Position numbers and translations under genes: made by a program. This document shows, piece by piece, positions 21,271 through 30,117 of a stretch of DNA of 64,000 nt. Each line of letters opens with the position of its first letter. Within the stretch, counting starts at the first letter, position 1. The notes below the pieces were generated by a model. That model was not told the DNA's origin, did not search any database, and saw only the letters and a list, made by a program, of their open reading frames with translations. The DNA is from Candidatus Paraprochloron terpiosi LD05 (GTDB lineage: Bacteria; Cyanobacteriota; Cyanobacteriia; Cyanobacteriales; Prochloraceae), in assembly GCA_018141785.1 (NCBI GenBank), contig CP073341.1, forward strand, positions 1,465,422 through 1,529,421, given 5' to 3'.

Positions 21271-21744
21271 TCAATTAGCTAACAAATCGAAGAAACTATT
21301 ATCTAGTTCGTAACCAAACATTTGTGCCAGAGACTGGAGACGGTGTTGGCTAGGAATACCTTGTTCTTCCAACCAGTGGGTGAGGAAAAAGATTTTTTGC
21401 ATGACGAAAATTTCCAGGGCTTCTGGGTTATACTGGATACCGTCAGTGGGACTGAACTCATGAGGAACAACCATAGCAACATAACGACCTAATTCCCCTG
21501 TTTTCCAATCTAGCAGCAAGGGTAACCAAGGATAGCGAGCGTCCAAATAAACAAACCAGAGCCTCACTTCCGGTATTTGGGATAGTTCTCGCGGATCGGA
21601 GGAGTCTCTGGCAAAGTCGATTTTAAATTGGAGCTGCCCGAATTGAGCATTCATCTGCTCCTTCCTAGACAGCTCTTCAATCTCTATTTTAGCAGCAGAT
21701 AAGTCCAGATTGTGAATTTGGTCTGTAGTAACTCTAATAATCAT
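21271..21744 (-). CDS. CRR6-like (DUF1817) protein, putative NDH-1 assembly factor
   Basis: 157 aa. DPRELSQIPEVRLWFVYLDARYPWLPLLLDW is recalled as the conserved core of this cyanobacterial/plastid family. The assignment is from memory only. Confidence 0.45.
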   Translation of the reverse strand: MIIRVTTDQIHNLDLSAAKIEIEELSRKEQMNAQFGQLQFKIDFARDSSDPRELSQIPEVRLWFVYLDARYPWLPLLLDWKTGELGRYVAMVVPHEFSPTDGIQYNPEALEIFVMQKIFFLTHWLEEQGIPSQHRLQSLAQMFGYELDNSFFDLLAN

Positions 21745-21800
21745 CGTTCATTATAATGAGGATGAGGTGGGAGGCTAGAGACTTTGAAGGACACAATCTA

Positions 21801-23819
21801 TTAGATTAGCTGGATGTTGTCAAGCAACGCCGCTGAATCTAAAATCTCATCCCCAGCATTGAAAACAGCAAAAGTAATGTCGTAAGTACCTGCTGTGGAG
21901 AAAGTATAGGAACCTTGTTGATAACCAGTATGGCACTGAAAATCTCCTGTTTGCTTTGCTACTAAATCCTCCCCATTTTGAACAACACTAGCGAGGGTAA
22001 CAGTCTCAAATATGGTACCATCCGCTGATTCCACGTGCAAGAGAAGACTGTCATTATAAAACAACTCACCCGGATACTCATTGGTAAGGAAATTATAGTC
22101 AAAGATTAATTGCTGATTGGCTTCAACCACAATATCGAATGAGACTCCCGATCCGTTTATGAATTCCTTAGCGTATTCTTCAGTTGGCGTCAAGTCAATC
22201 CCAGTACCAGCAACTATATTATCCTTTATTGAAAAATTTTTAACCTCCGATGCAGTTTTGGATCCTAAGTAAGTGGTGATTGCATACTGGGAGTCTCCTT
22301 TCGCGGGACTAATCCCATCAAACTCTCCATAGAAAGAAGCATCTCCTATACCGATAGGCGTCCATGTCCATTCTTCTTCTTCAGCAACAGGCGGTAATTG
22401 CTCTGGCGAAATAGCGTCTCCTATCCGAATGTTGTCAATTAACACCCCTGACTCATACTCCAACATGTTATGGTTAGTGAGAACAGCAAAAGTAATGTCG
22501 TAAGTACCTGCTGTGGAGAAAGTATAGGAACCTTCTTGATAACCAGTATGGAAGTGAAAATTTCCTCCTTGCATTGCTGCATTTTTTGTCGGCTTTGCTA
22601 CTAAATCCTCATTATTTTCAAATCGACTAAAGAGGGTAACAGTTTCAGATACAGTACCATCCGCTGATTCCACGTGCATGACAAAGTGGTCATTCAACTG
22701 AAAAGTATAACCTAGATAATCTGGCCAATCCCACATGACGAGGAAATTATAGTCAAAGATTAATTCCTGGTTGGTTTCCGTCACAATCAGATCCAATGAG
22801 ACTGCCGATCCTCCTAGAAATTCCTTAGCGTCTTCTCCAGTTACCGTCAAGTCAATCCCAGGGGCAAAAGCTTTAAGCTCTTGTGCTGAAACGGATCCTA
22901 ATCCATTGGTGATTAGATACTGGGAATCTCCTTCCGTGGGACTAATCTCATCAAACTCTCCATACCAAGAAGCGTCTCCTATACCGATGAGCGATGGCTC
23001 CTCTGGCAAGATACCCTCGTCCACTATAGTGATAGGCGATGGCTCTTCTGGCAAGAGAGGGTCTCCTATACCGTTGGGCGATGGCTCTTCTGGCAAGATA
23101 CCCTCGTCCACTATAGTGATAGGCGATGGCTCTTCTGGCAAGAGAGGGTCTCCTATACCGTTGGGCGATGGCTCTTTTGGCAAGATACCCTCGTCCACTA
23201 TAGTGATAGGCGATGGCTCTTCTGGCAAGAGAGGGTCTCCTCCGTTGGGCGATGACTCCTCTGGCAAGAGAGCCTCTCCATCTACCTGGAAGTTATCAAC
23301 CGACACAATTGTATTTCCGCCGAAGGCTTTGTGGTCTAAGACAAGCAGGGTAACCTCGTAAGTGCCTGCTGTATCGAAAGTATAGGAGAAATTTTGATTA
23401 TTTAAAGATGATACACGGGCTTTCAAGCCGTCTGCATTGTTTTTTTCAAAATCAGCTGAATTTTTCACAACACTAGCAACGGTAATAGTCTCAGACGTAC
23501 CATCTTCTCTTTCCACATACAAAAGAAAACTATCGTTGCTAACCACGTTACTGCCCTTTGACCCTTCAACGGTGAGGAAATCAAAGTCAAAGCTGAAAGT
23601 ACTTCCTGCTGAAACTGTAATTCCCTCGATTTTCAGAGCCGAGCCTTCAGCGAAACCCTGTCCTATTATCGATAGGAAGAACTTAAAGTTTTCGTCGACA
23701 AAATCGTCCACTTTCGTTATATCTGCGGAACCAGCTGCGTTGGAGATTACATATCCATCTGTTGTCAATACTTTGCCGATGGTGGATACTTCAGGTGTGG
23801 GTTTTTGAATTAAGCTCAT
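21801..23819 (-). CDS. large repeat protein with three paralogous ~170-aa beta-rich modules and a Pro/Glu-rich tandem-repeat linker
   Basis: 672-aa ORF. Modules end in TGYQxGSYTFSTAGTYDITFAV...DNI. Modules 2 and 3 begin IGIGDASxYGEFDxISP. No obvious signal peptide or C-terminal sorting signal. Confidence 0.6.
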   Translation of the reverse strand: MSLIQKPTPEVSTIGKVLTTDGYVISNAAGSADITKVDDFVDENFKFFLSIIGQGFAEGSALKIEGITVSAGSTFSFDFDFLTVEGSKGSNVVSNDSFLLYVEREDGTSETITVASVVKNSADFEKNNADGLKARVSSLNNQNFSYTFDTAGTYEVTLLVLDHKAFGGNTIVSVDNFQVDGEALLPEESSPNGGDPLLPEEPSPITIVDEGILPKEPSPNGIGDPLLPEEPSPITIVDEGILPEEPSPNGIGDPLLPEEPSPITIVDEGILPEEPSLIGIGDASWYGEFDEISPTEGDSQYLITNGLGSVSAQELKAFAPGIDLTVTGEDAKEFLGGSAVSLDLIVTETNQELIFDYNFLVMWDWPDYLGYTFQLNDHFVMHVESADGTVSETVTLFSRFENNEDLVAKPTKNAAMQGGNFHFHTGYQEGSYTFSTAGTYDITFAVLTNHNMLEYESGVLIDNIRIGDAISPEQLPPVAEEEEWTWTPIGIGDASFYGEFDGISPAKGDSQYAITTYLGSKTASEVKNFSIKDNIVAGTGIDLTPTEEYAKEFINGSGVSFDIVVEANQQLIFDYNFLTNEYPGELFYNDSLLLHVESADGTIFETVTLASVVQNGEDLVAKQTGDFQCHTGYQQGSYTFSTAGTYDITFAVFNAGDEILDSAALLDNIQLI
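22991..23275. repeat. 87-nt tandem repeat, about 3.3 copies, inside the 672-aa ORF
   Basis: Units start at 22991, 23078, 23165 and (partial, with a 3-nt deletion) 23249. They encode PLLPEEPSPITIVDEGILP(K/E)EPSPNGIGD. Confidence 0.9.
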
Positions 23820-24066
23820 TTTTTCTCTTTGCTTTCAACATCATATTTCCAGTATAATTGATTTTTTGACATAAATTTGTCATTTTATGTTAGAGTTTAC
23901 AAAAATTTACATCTCAATTTTCTGAGAAAAGGCCCAGAGTCGCACTTCCGGTATTTGGGAGAGTTCTCGCTCGGAAGAGGAGTCGAGTTGGCAACAACCT
24001 ATCTATGGTGAGTGCTATAGCACACGTTACAATGGTCAAAGTACCCGCCCCTCGGGGGCCCTATAA

Positions 24067-25710
24067 TTGATTCCAGTGAGTCCCCCGTTTAAATTACTGC
24101 TAATTGATTCTGACCCCATCTTTCGCCTCGGTATTTGTGCTGCCTTGGAGCGGGAAGGGGATTTCCAGGTAATAGCCCAAGCAGATACCCTGGCCATGGC
24201 CCGGGAGCAACTAGGGCGAGAAATGCCCGATTTAGCAGTGTTAGAGCTAGGTTTATCCGGTTCCGAGGCATTCAAGAGAGAATATCCCAACTTGCCCATT
24301 TTATTGCTAGCCGCTCCATGCTCAGCCCCGGAACTGCTGGCTGCGAAAATAGCCGGGTTTGAAGGTTATTGCCCCAAAGGAACAGAGATCCCCCTTTTAA
24401 TTAAAGCTTTGCGCCAAGTTGCAATGGGCAAAACTTATTGGTTCCTTCCTGGACTAAAACTGTTACAATCGCAACGCCCTAGTACTTGGCTAGTGCGCTG
24501 GCGCCAGTCGGGTATTCGGCAAATTGAAGAGAGTCTTGTGGAGGTGAAGCAGGAGTTAAAAAATGCTGTCTCACCCTGGGAGCGACTCTTTTGTCGCGGA
24601 AGGAAGCGAGAACTCCTGGCTGCTCGTTGGTTAGTTCAACGACTTTTACCCGTAGAAGGGATAATAGTGATTCAAAAGCAGGAGGAAGTAGTAGATCCGG
24701 TTCAGTTAGTACCTTCAGACTCCTCTGTACCTGCCCCGCTCCTTCAAGGAGACCTCTGGACTGAGACCTTGGCTCAAATTCGCTCCGGACTAGAAAATCA
24801 CAGCAGTATTGCTTTAGAAATCGATATTCTCAAGGAGTCCAAGCAACGGGAATTGCTTTATTTAGTCGTCAATTTAGTGAGGGATACTCTCGCTGAATTG
24901 CGCTACCTTGAAGTTACACCGTCGGAATTAGAGGAAAGGATACCCGGCATTTTACGCAACTTGTGGCAAAATGGAACCATTCAATTTTTGAGCAAAAACT
25001 ACCCGACAGAAGAAAATAATGCCAATAATGTGGCTATCACAGATACTATACTTCAAGATGCTAGGATTGTCAAGGAGGAAATTCTGGATAAAATACCCTT
25101 TGTGAGGGAAATATTTGCCTATTTCCTGTTCTCCGAACCCTTAGTAATAGATAATGTACCCTATCGCTGCGAAGCCCCTGAAGCGAAAGAAAGAGCAGCT
25201 ATCCTGTTGGATAATTTACTCCTGCAAATCGCAAACGGAGTAATGCAAGAAATTCTGAATAGCTTGGTGGCAGTGGAAGAGATTAAATACAGTTTATTAC
25301 AGAATAACTTCAGGGCATCGCGAGAAATAGCCAGGTTTCGTAATAATATTGCCTGGCGCTATGGACAAGACAAATACTACTGGGAACCCAAGCAAATTTT
25401 TGAGAGTAAATATCGATTATTTAGCTTTCAGGAGAACAAAATCAAAACTGTTTTTATCTACAGTTCCCGTCAGGAAGAATTGGAGCAACTAAAAGGCATT
25501 CCCTGGGGGGTAACCATTGCCCTAGAACTAATAGACGCAATGGCACCCCGAATCAAGTCAATAATCGCATTTGTAGGCAGTGGTTTGGTTTATCTTCTTA
25601 CCCAAGTTATTGGGAAGGGTATCGGTTTAATTGGTCGCGGTATCCTGCAAGGCATTGGGAGCAGTTTACAAGATAGCAAAACAATAAAAAATAGCAAACA
25701 AGACAATTAA
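24067..25710 (+). CDS. receiver-like domain protein with a DUF3685 (Ycf55-like) C-terminal region
   Basis: The N-terminus LLLIDSDPIFRLGICAALE...PDLAVLEL resembles a CheY-like fold. The long C-terminal region and terminal hydrophobic segment are as in cyanobacterial Ycf55-like proteins. The start codon is uncertain (TTG 24067 or GTG 24076). Confidence 0.55.
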   Translation: MIPVSPPFKLLLIDSDPIFRLGICAALEREGDFQVIAQADTLAMAREQLGREMPDLAVLELGLSGSEAFKREYPNLPILLLAAPCSAPELLAAKIAGFEGYCPKGTEIPLLIKALRQVAMGKTYWFLPGLKLLQSQRPSTWLVRWRQSGIRQIEESLVEVKQELKNAVSPWERLFCRGRKRELLAARWLVQRLLPVEGIIVIQKQEEVVDPVQLVPSDSSVPAPLLQGDLWTETLAQIRSGLENHSSIALEIDILKESKQRELLYLVVNLVRDTLAELRYLEVTPSELEERIPGILRNLWQNGTIQFLSKNYPTEENNANNVAITDTILQDARIVKEEILDKIPFVREIFAYFLFSEPLVIDNVPYRCEAPEAKERAAILLDNLLLQIANGVMQEILNSLVAVEEIKYSLLQNNFRASREIARFRNNIAWRYGQDKYYWEPKQIFESKYRLFSFQENKIKTVFIYSSRQEELEQLKGIPWGVTIALELIDAMAPRIKSIIAFVGSGLVYLLTQVIGKGIGLIGRGILQGIGSSLQDSKTIKNSKQDN

Positions 25711-25726
25711 TTAGCAACTTAGACTT

Positions 25727-27601
25727 ATGATAAATAAAAGAGGAAAAAAAAGACCACCAATTTGGCAACACCTCAGTAAAGTTGCCGCTAGTTTGCTGGT
25801 AGTGCAAGCTGTAATATTAGGAACCCCAGCTTTAACCAAACCTCAAGAAGAAGCGGAGAGCACATTACCCTATAACCAATTACTGGAGAAAATCGAGACA
25901 GGGGAAGTAACGAGAGTAGAACTGGATCGGCGAGGGAAGAAAGCAAAAGTAACTTTCCAAGGTCAAGAAAATCTCGTAGAAGTAGATTTATTAGACCGCA
26001 ACCCGGAACTAATCGAAAGTATTAACGCTGCTAATATAGAATTTGAGATTAAAGACTCTCCTGATAACTCCGCAGCCATTGGTATCGGGATTAATTTGCT
26101 GTTAGTCTTAGGGTTAATCTTGGGATTAGGAATGATAATCCGCCGTGCTGTCAGTGTTTCTGGGCAAGCCTTTAGCTTCGGCAAATCCAAAGCAAGGTTT
26201 GAAATGGAAGCCACAACAGGTATTACCTTCCAAGACGTAGCGGGAATTGAGGAAGCCAAAGAAGAATTGGCAGAAGTGGTCACCTTTCTGAAAGAACCGG
26301 AAAAATTCACCGCCATTGGAGCCAGAATTCCCAAGGGAGTGTTGCTAGTTGGTCCCCCAGGAACGGGAAAAACCCTCCTGGCTAAAGCAATTGCTGGGGA
26401 AGCAGGAGTACCTTTTTTCAGCGTCTCTGGGTCAGAATTCGTAGAGATGTTTGTGGGGGTGGGAGCCTCTCGGGTCAGAGATTTGTTCCACAAAGCGAAA
26501 GAAAATGCCCCAACTCTTGTGTTCATTGATGAAATTGACGCTGTGGGGCGGCAGCGGGGTGCCGGTATCGGCGGTGGGAACGACGAACGGGAACAAACTC
26601 TCAACCAATTGCTCACGGAAATGGACGGGTTTAAAGATAATGCTGGCATCATTATTATTGCCGCCACCAACCGTCCCGATGTCCTAGATTCAGCCCTTTT
26701 GCGTCCCGGAAGGTTCGATCGCCAAGTCATGGTAGATTACCCCGACTACCAAGCAAGGGAGAAAATTTTAGAAGTCCACGCTCGCAACAAAAAAATTGCT
26801 CCAGAAGTCTCTTTAAAAAAGATTGCCCGCCGTACTCCCGGTTTTAGCGGCGCCGATCTAGCTAACCTACTCAACGAAGCTGCTATCTTTACCGCCAGGA
26901 GGCGCAAAGAAGCCATCACCATCTCTGAAGTAAACGACGCCATTGATCGGGTCATAGCGGGAATGGAAGGAACTCCCTTGGTGGATAGCAAGAATAAGCG
27001 GTTGATTGCCTATCACGAAATTGGTCATGCTATCGTAAGTACATTAATACCCCATCACGATCCAGTGGAGAAAGTCACCCTCATTCCCAGAGGACAAGCT
27101 TTGGGGTTGACCTGGTACACTCCCAATGAAGAAATGGGTTTAACTACCAGAGCACAAATTATCGCTCAAATTGCTGGCATTCTGGGAGGTAGAGCAGCAG
27201 AAGAAGTTATTTTTGGTTGGTCTGAAGTTACTGATGGTGCTAGCGATGACTTGGAAAAGGTGACGGAGCGAGCCAGGAATATGGTGACACGGTTAGGAAT
27301 GTCCGCTCTGGGACCAATTGCTCTAGAAAACATGAATAACCAGGTATTTTTAGGCAACGATTGGACGAACCGTGTGGAATATTCCGAAGAAATAGGGGCG
27401 CGAATTGATAATCAAATGCGCAAAATAGTTTTTGACTGTTACGGACAGGCTAAAAAGATTATCCGGGAAAATCGCTCCGTTATAGATATGTTGGTAGATG
27501 TATTAATCCAACAGGAAGTTATAGAAGGTGATGACTTCCGTAAGCTTGTTTCTGAGTATACTGAGCTACAGGAGGAAAGGTTTACTTTAGCTAAAGGATG
27601 A
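25727..27601 (+). CDS. ftsH: ATP-dependent zinc metalloprotease FtsH
   Basis: Walker A GPPGTGKT, the SRH region, and the HEIGHA zinc site. Confidence 0.92.
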   Translation: MINKRGKKRPPIWQHLSKVAASLLVVQAVILGTPALTKPQEEAESTLPYNQLLEKIETGEVTRVELDRRGKKAKVTFQGQENLVEVDLLDRNPELIESINAANIEFEIKDSPDNSAAIGIGINLLLVLGLILGLGMIIRRAVSVSGQAFSFGKSKARFEMEATTGITFQDVAGIEEAKEELAEVVTFLKEPEKFTAIGARIPKGVLLVGPPGTGKTLLAKAIAGEAGVPFFSVSGSEFVEMFVGVGASRVRDLFHKAKENAPTLVFIDEIDAVGRQRGAGIGGGNDEREQTLNQLLTEMDGFKDNAGIIIIAATNRPDVLDSALLRPGRFDRQVMVDYPDYQAREKILEVHARNKKIAPEVSLKKIARRTPGFSGADLANLLNEAAIFTARRRKEAITISEVNDAIDRVIAGMEGTPLVDSKNKRLIAYHEIGHAIVSTLIPHHDPVEKVTLIPRGQALGLTWYTPNEEMGLTTRAQIIAQIAGILGGRAAEEVIFGWSEVTDGASDDLEKVTERARNMVTRLGMSALGPIALENMNNQVFLGNDWTNRVEYSEEIGARIDNQMRKIVFDCYGQAKKIIRENRSVIDMLVDVLIQQEVIEGDDFRKLVSEYTELQEERFTLAKG

Positions 27602-27801
27602 CCGGGGTTTGGTGTGATTGTCAAGCACCAGGATGTTGAGGAGCCGGATGAGGGGAAACTCTCACGTCCGGTTTTGTAGCCAGGTGGAGGAGGCGATCCC
27701 TTCATCTAGGTTTCAAGCCCCTCAACCCTAGCAGATGAGACTGAAAAAACAAACCTTCAAGCTTAAACAGAAGTACTTTAGAGGGATAGCTGTCTAAATC
27801 A

Positions 27802-28140
27802 CTATATACCTAGCCAACCTCGCAGAGACTGCTCAAGCTGTTTGGCGTCTTCTTGGGCCAACCTACCAATCACCTTTATGACTAAGGTTTCATGCACCGT
27901 ATACAATCCTCGCTTAACAGCCGTAGCCACATTCAGTCCTGCTGCTGACCATTCGGACAGCACAAACTCTCCTTCAAGTAGCGATTTTGTTCTGCTTGTT
28001 AGTGGCACGATCAGAATATCTTGGGAAGAATGTGGGGCATTCACTACAATTGCAGGTCTAACTTTGGAGTTTGACAAGTTAGAGAATGGATAACGAACTA
28101 AAACAATGTCGTGTTTAGAGCAACTCGGCATACACATCAT
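27802..28140 (-). CDS. PemK/MazF-family type II toxin
   Basis: DIVLVRYPFSNLSNSKVRPAIVV...ILIVPLTS is the MazF/PemK signature. Alternative starts at 28137 and 28131. Confidence 0.75.
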   Translation of the reverse strand: MMCMPSCSKHDIVLVRYPFSNLSNSKVRPAIVVNAPHSSQDILIVPLTSRTKSLLEGEFVLSEWSAAGLNVATAVKRGLYTVHETLVIKVIGRLAQEDAKQLEQSLRGWLGI

Positions 28141-28780
28141 CCTCGGTATTATCCCACACTTTATTTAATGATTCTTGGCTGACTTGCTGCCAGAATAAAT
28201 ATTGAATAGCTTCTTGATTTACACTCGTTGTCTCATTGATAAACCGTATAATTTCTTTAAGGATCGATGTGAAATGAAACTTTCCCATAGACCTAAAGAT
28301 AGGATTTGAATCTATTTTCTTAAAATCTTTACGTTTACTCTTATCGCAATGTGCAGCGTCCCCATAAATGTAAATATCCATTAATTCTCTATTGGTAAGT
28401 TGCTTTTGACCCGATTCTGATTCTAAGATTTTAGATGTTCTATATCCCAGTGAAGTGTCACTAATAGTAACATTGGAACTCTTGTCAAGGTAGTAATTAA
28501 GTGCATACCTTAGCTTATTAAACCTGTTTTTCAAATCTTGTGGAACATTTATTCTAGAGTACAACTCTGACATTTTGTCGAATGAAATAGCATCCTTCTT
28601 CTGAATGAACATCCTGATGTTCAAAATATCTGCCTTCAAGGACTTTTCATCAGGCAACTTTTCTGTTTTTTTCATTCCATTAGCATCCGTTTCTATAGTA
28701 ACAGACAGCTCTGACTGAAGTAAATCGATAATTTCAGCAGCTTTCTCATTAAATAATTCTAGAGTTTCGATATCAGTCAT
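28115..28780 (-). CDS. hypothetical 221-aa protein in the antitoxin position upstream of mazF
   Basis: The ORF overlaps the mazF start by 14-26 nt. It looks AT-rich and predicted helical, with no recognised motif. Confidence 0.5.
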   Translation of the reverse strand: MTDIETLELFNEKAAEIIDLLQSELSVTIETDANGMKKTEKLPDEKSLKADILNIRMFIQKKDAISFDKMSELYSRINVPQDLKNRFNKLRYALNYYLDKSSNVTISDTSLGYRTSKILESESGQKQLTNRELMDIYIYGDAAHCDKSKRKDFKKIDSNPIFRSMGKFHFTSILKEIIRFINETTSVNQEAIQYLFWQQVSQESLNKVWDNTEDDVYAELL

Positions 28781-28885
28781 CGGCTTCCTCCTAACAATTG
28801 TTGATTAAGTGCTCAGTTCTCTAAATTTGCGTGAAAATCTGGAATCCTCGAAACGAAGTCTAACGGCCTTGAGGCTGGCAGTGCG

Positions 28886-29209
28886 TCACCATCTTTCAAC
28901 TCCCTGTATCATTACTTTTTCGCTAAACATCAGTGCCCCAAAGTGATAAACGGCACGGTGGGCAATGCGGATAACCCAGGGTTGAGCATCGGGATTTCGC
29001 TCGAACAATCGGGACGCTAAGAACGGTTGTTTCACAATTGTAGCAGGTAAAACGTTGTTATCAACTTCAAAGGCTCCAGTCTTGATGTCGATCGCTACAA
29101 TTTTTCCCTTGTTTCCGGCGATCACGTTGCTGCCGAATGCGGTCGTTATAGAGTATTTGCCCTCGTTTACCCTGTCTTCTTTACTATAACGTCGTTGGCG
29201 AGCTGCCAT
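28886..29209 (-). CDS. small protein of the GKIVAIDI...PDAQxW..RIGH family (diverged copy 1)
   Basis: RRYSKED...NKGKIVAIDIKTGAFEVD...NPDAQPWVIRIAHRAVYHFG. The leader gtcaagtcgcaacgagggtaaatctATG is shared with the copy at 33774. The middle and C-terminus are diverged or extended. Confidence 0.4.
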   Translation of the reverse strand: MAARQRRYSKEDRVNEGKYSITTAFGSNVIAGNKGKIVAIDIKTGAFEVDNNVLPATIVKQPFLASRLFERNPDAQPWVIRIAHRAVYHFGALMFSEKVMIQGVERW

Positions 29210-29340
29210 AGATTTACCCTCGTTGCGACTTGACCCTTCCATTAATTATAATTATTTATTCACTATATCGCACTACGAGATTTACAAGATCAGACAATCA
29301 CAAAGAGTGCCGCTATCGCGGGCGCCCTTTGTTGATTTCA

Positions 29341-29739
29341 TTACACTTGAAAGCGTAGGTGTTGAAGTGCTCGCACTTGAGCAATTGTTTCAAAGTCGCG
29401 ATCGTTATGAATCAAAAGTAAGTTATTTTCAAGTGCGACCTAAGCGATACAGCAATCAATTGGGCTACGAACAGTTAGTCCTTGGCGACGTAGATCATAG
29501 TAAATTCGTGCAGCCGCTTCCCAGGAATTGCTTGTGAGTTCAATGTAATCTTGTGTTGCAAGGTAGGTAGAAAGAAGAGTCCATTCTTGGTAGTTTTTGC
29601 TGCCCTGAAGCAACTCAAGCTGAGTAAATCGGGTAAGTAAGACTTCACGATTAGAAATGAGGGTTTCAAGTTGTTGGCGGACTTGACCGCTGCTATCGCG
29701 AAAGACACTAATCCAAACAGATGTATCAATCAACAACAT
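29341..29739 (-). pseudogene. vapC: VapC (PIN-domain) toxin with a premature in-frame TAG
   Basis: MLLIDTSVWISVFRD...SPIDCCIA, then TAG (29440-29442), and then the frame continues VALENNLLLIHNDRDFETIAQVRALQHLRFQV to a TAA at 29341. The distal acidic residue region (HNDRDF) lies after the stop. Confidence 0.65.
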
Positions 29740-29938
29740 AACCAATTTGCCGCAAGGCTTTATAGTCGAAGTCTGAGGCAAACTGAATTTGTCCAGCAAG
29801 GTCAAGCAGGTTTTTCTTGCGACGAGATCGTACAAGCTCTTGCAATGCTAAGGTAATAAGTTCCTTCTGGGTGGTAAGGTTGGTGAGTTGAAAGGCTTCA
29901 TTCAAAAGGGATTCGTCAAGATTGAGAATGATTTGCAT
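29726..29938 (-). CDS. vapB: VapB-type antitoxin
   Basis: 70 aa, MQIILNLDESLLNEAFQLTNLTTQKELITLALQELV. It overlaps the vapC start by 14 nt. Confidence 0.6.
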   Translation of the reverse strand: MQIILNLDESLLNEAFQLTNLTTQKELITLALQELVRSRRKKNLLDLAGQIQFASDFDYKALRQIGYVVD

Positions 29939-30117
29939 GGGGTGACTATAAGGTGAAGGATTTTTGTGGTGATTGATTTCAATACTCTAGCATAGCGATT
30001 TCCTTCACTCACTGCGAGGTTGAAGTGCTCAGAGATCACTAAGAGTGGCGCTGACGCGATCGCTACAATTGCACAAGCTGTTCATATCGCGCTTCGTCAT
30101 GGAGCACTACCAACATT

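Noticed and set aside
22991-23275. Regular 87-nt repeats that could superficially suggest a CRISPR-like array
   Set aside because: The repeats are contiguous with no unique spacers, lie in frame inside a long ORF and encode a Pro/Glu-rich peptide unit. This is a coding tandem repeat. No CRISPR array is present anywhere in the window.
25963-26730. 255-aa ORF antisense to ftsH, and similar long antisense ORFs (for example 36200-36661 and 36293-36634 in ndhF, 22771-23361 and 23437-23808 in the repeat-protein gene, 57603-58130 in the cheA-like gene)
   Set aside because: They lie entirely inside strongly supported genes on the opposite strand, have low-complexity Ser/Pro/Arg-rich translations and match no recognisable motif. 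They are treated as shadow ORFs.
27620-27712. Segment downstream of ftsH (…gaggagccggatgaggggaaactctcacgtccggttttgtagccaggtggaggaggcgatccc…) resembling the conserved leader seen next to some cyanobacterial retroelement or transposase genes
   Set aside because: Only about 90 nt remain and no adjoining RT or transposase ORF is present. I cannot name the family from memory with any confidence. It may simply be a terminator-like hairpin (CCGGAT...GTCCGG).
30000-30117. Expected cupS gene downstream of the CO2-hydration gene
   Set aside because: No ORF with any length or recognisable CupS character follows the chp gene, only antitoxin fragments. Absence is compatible with an NDH-1(4)/ChpX-type operon, so no feature was called.
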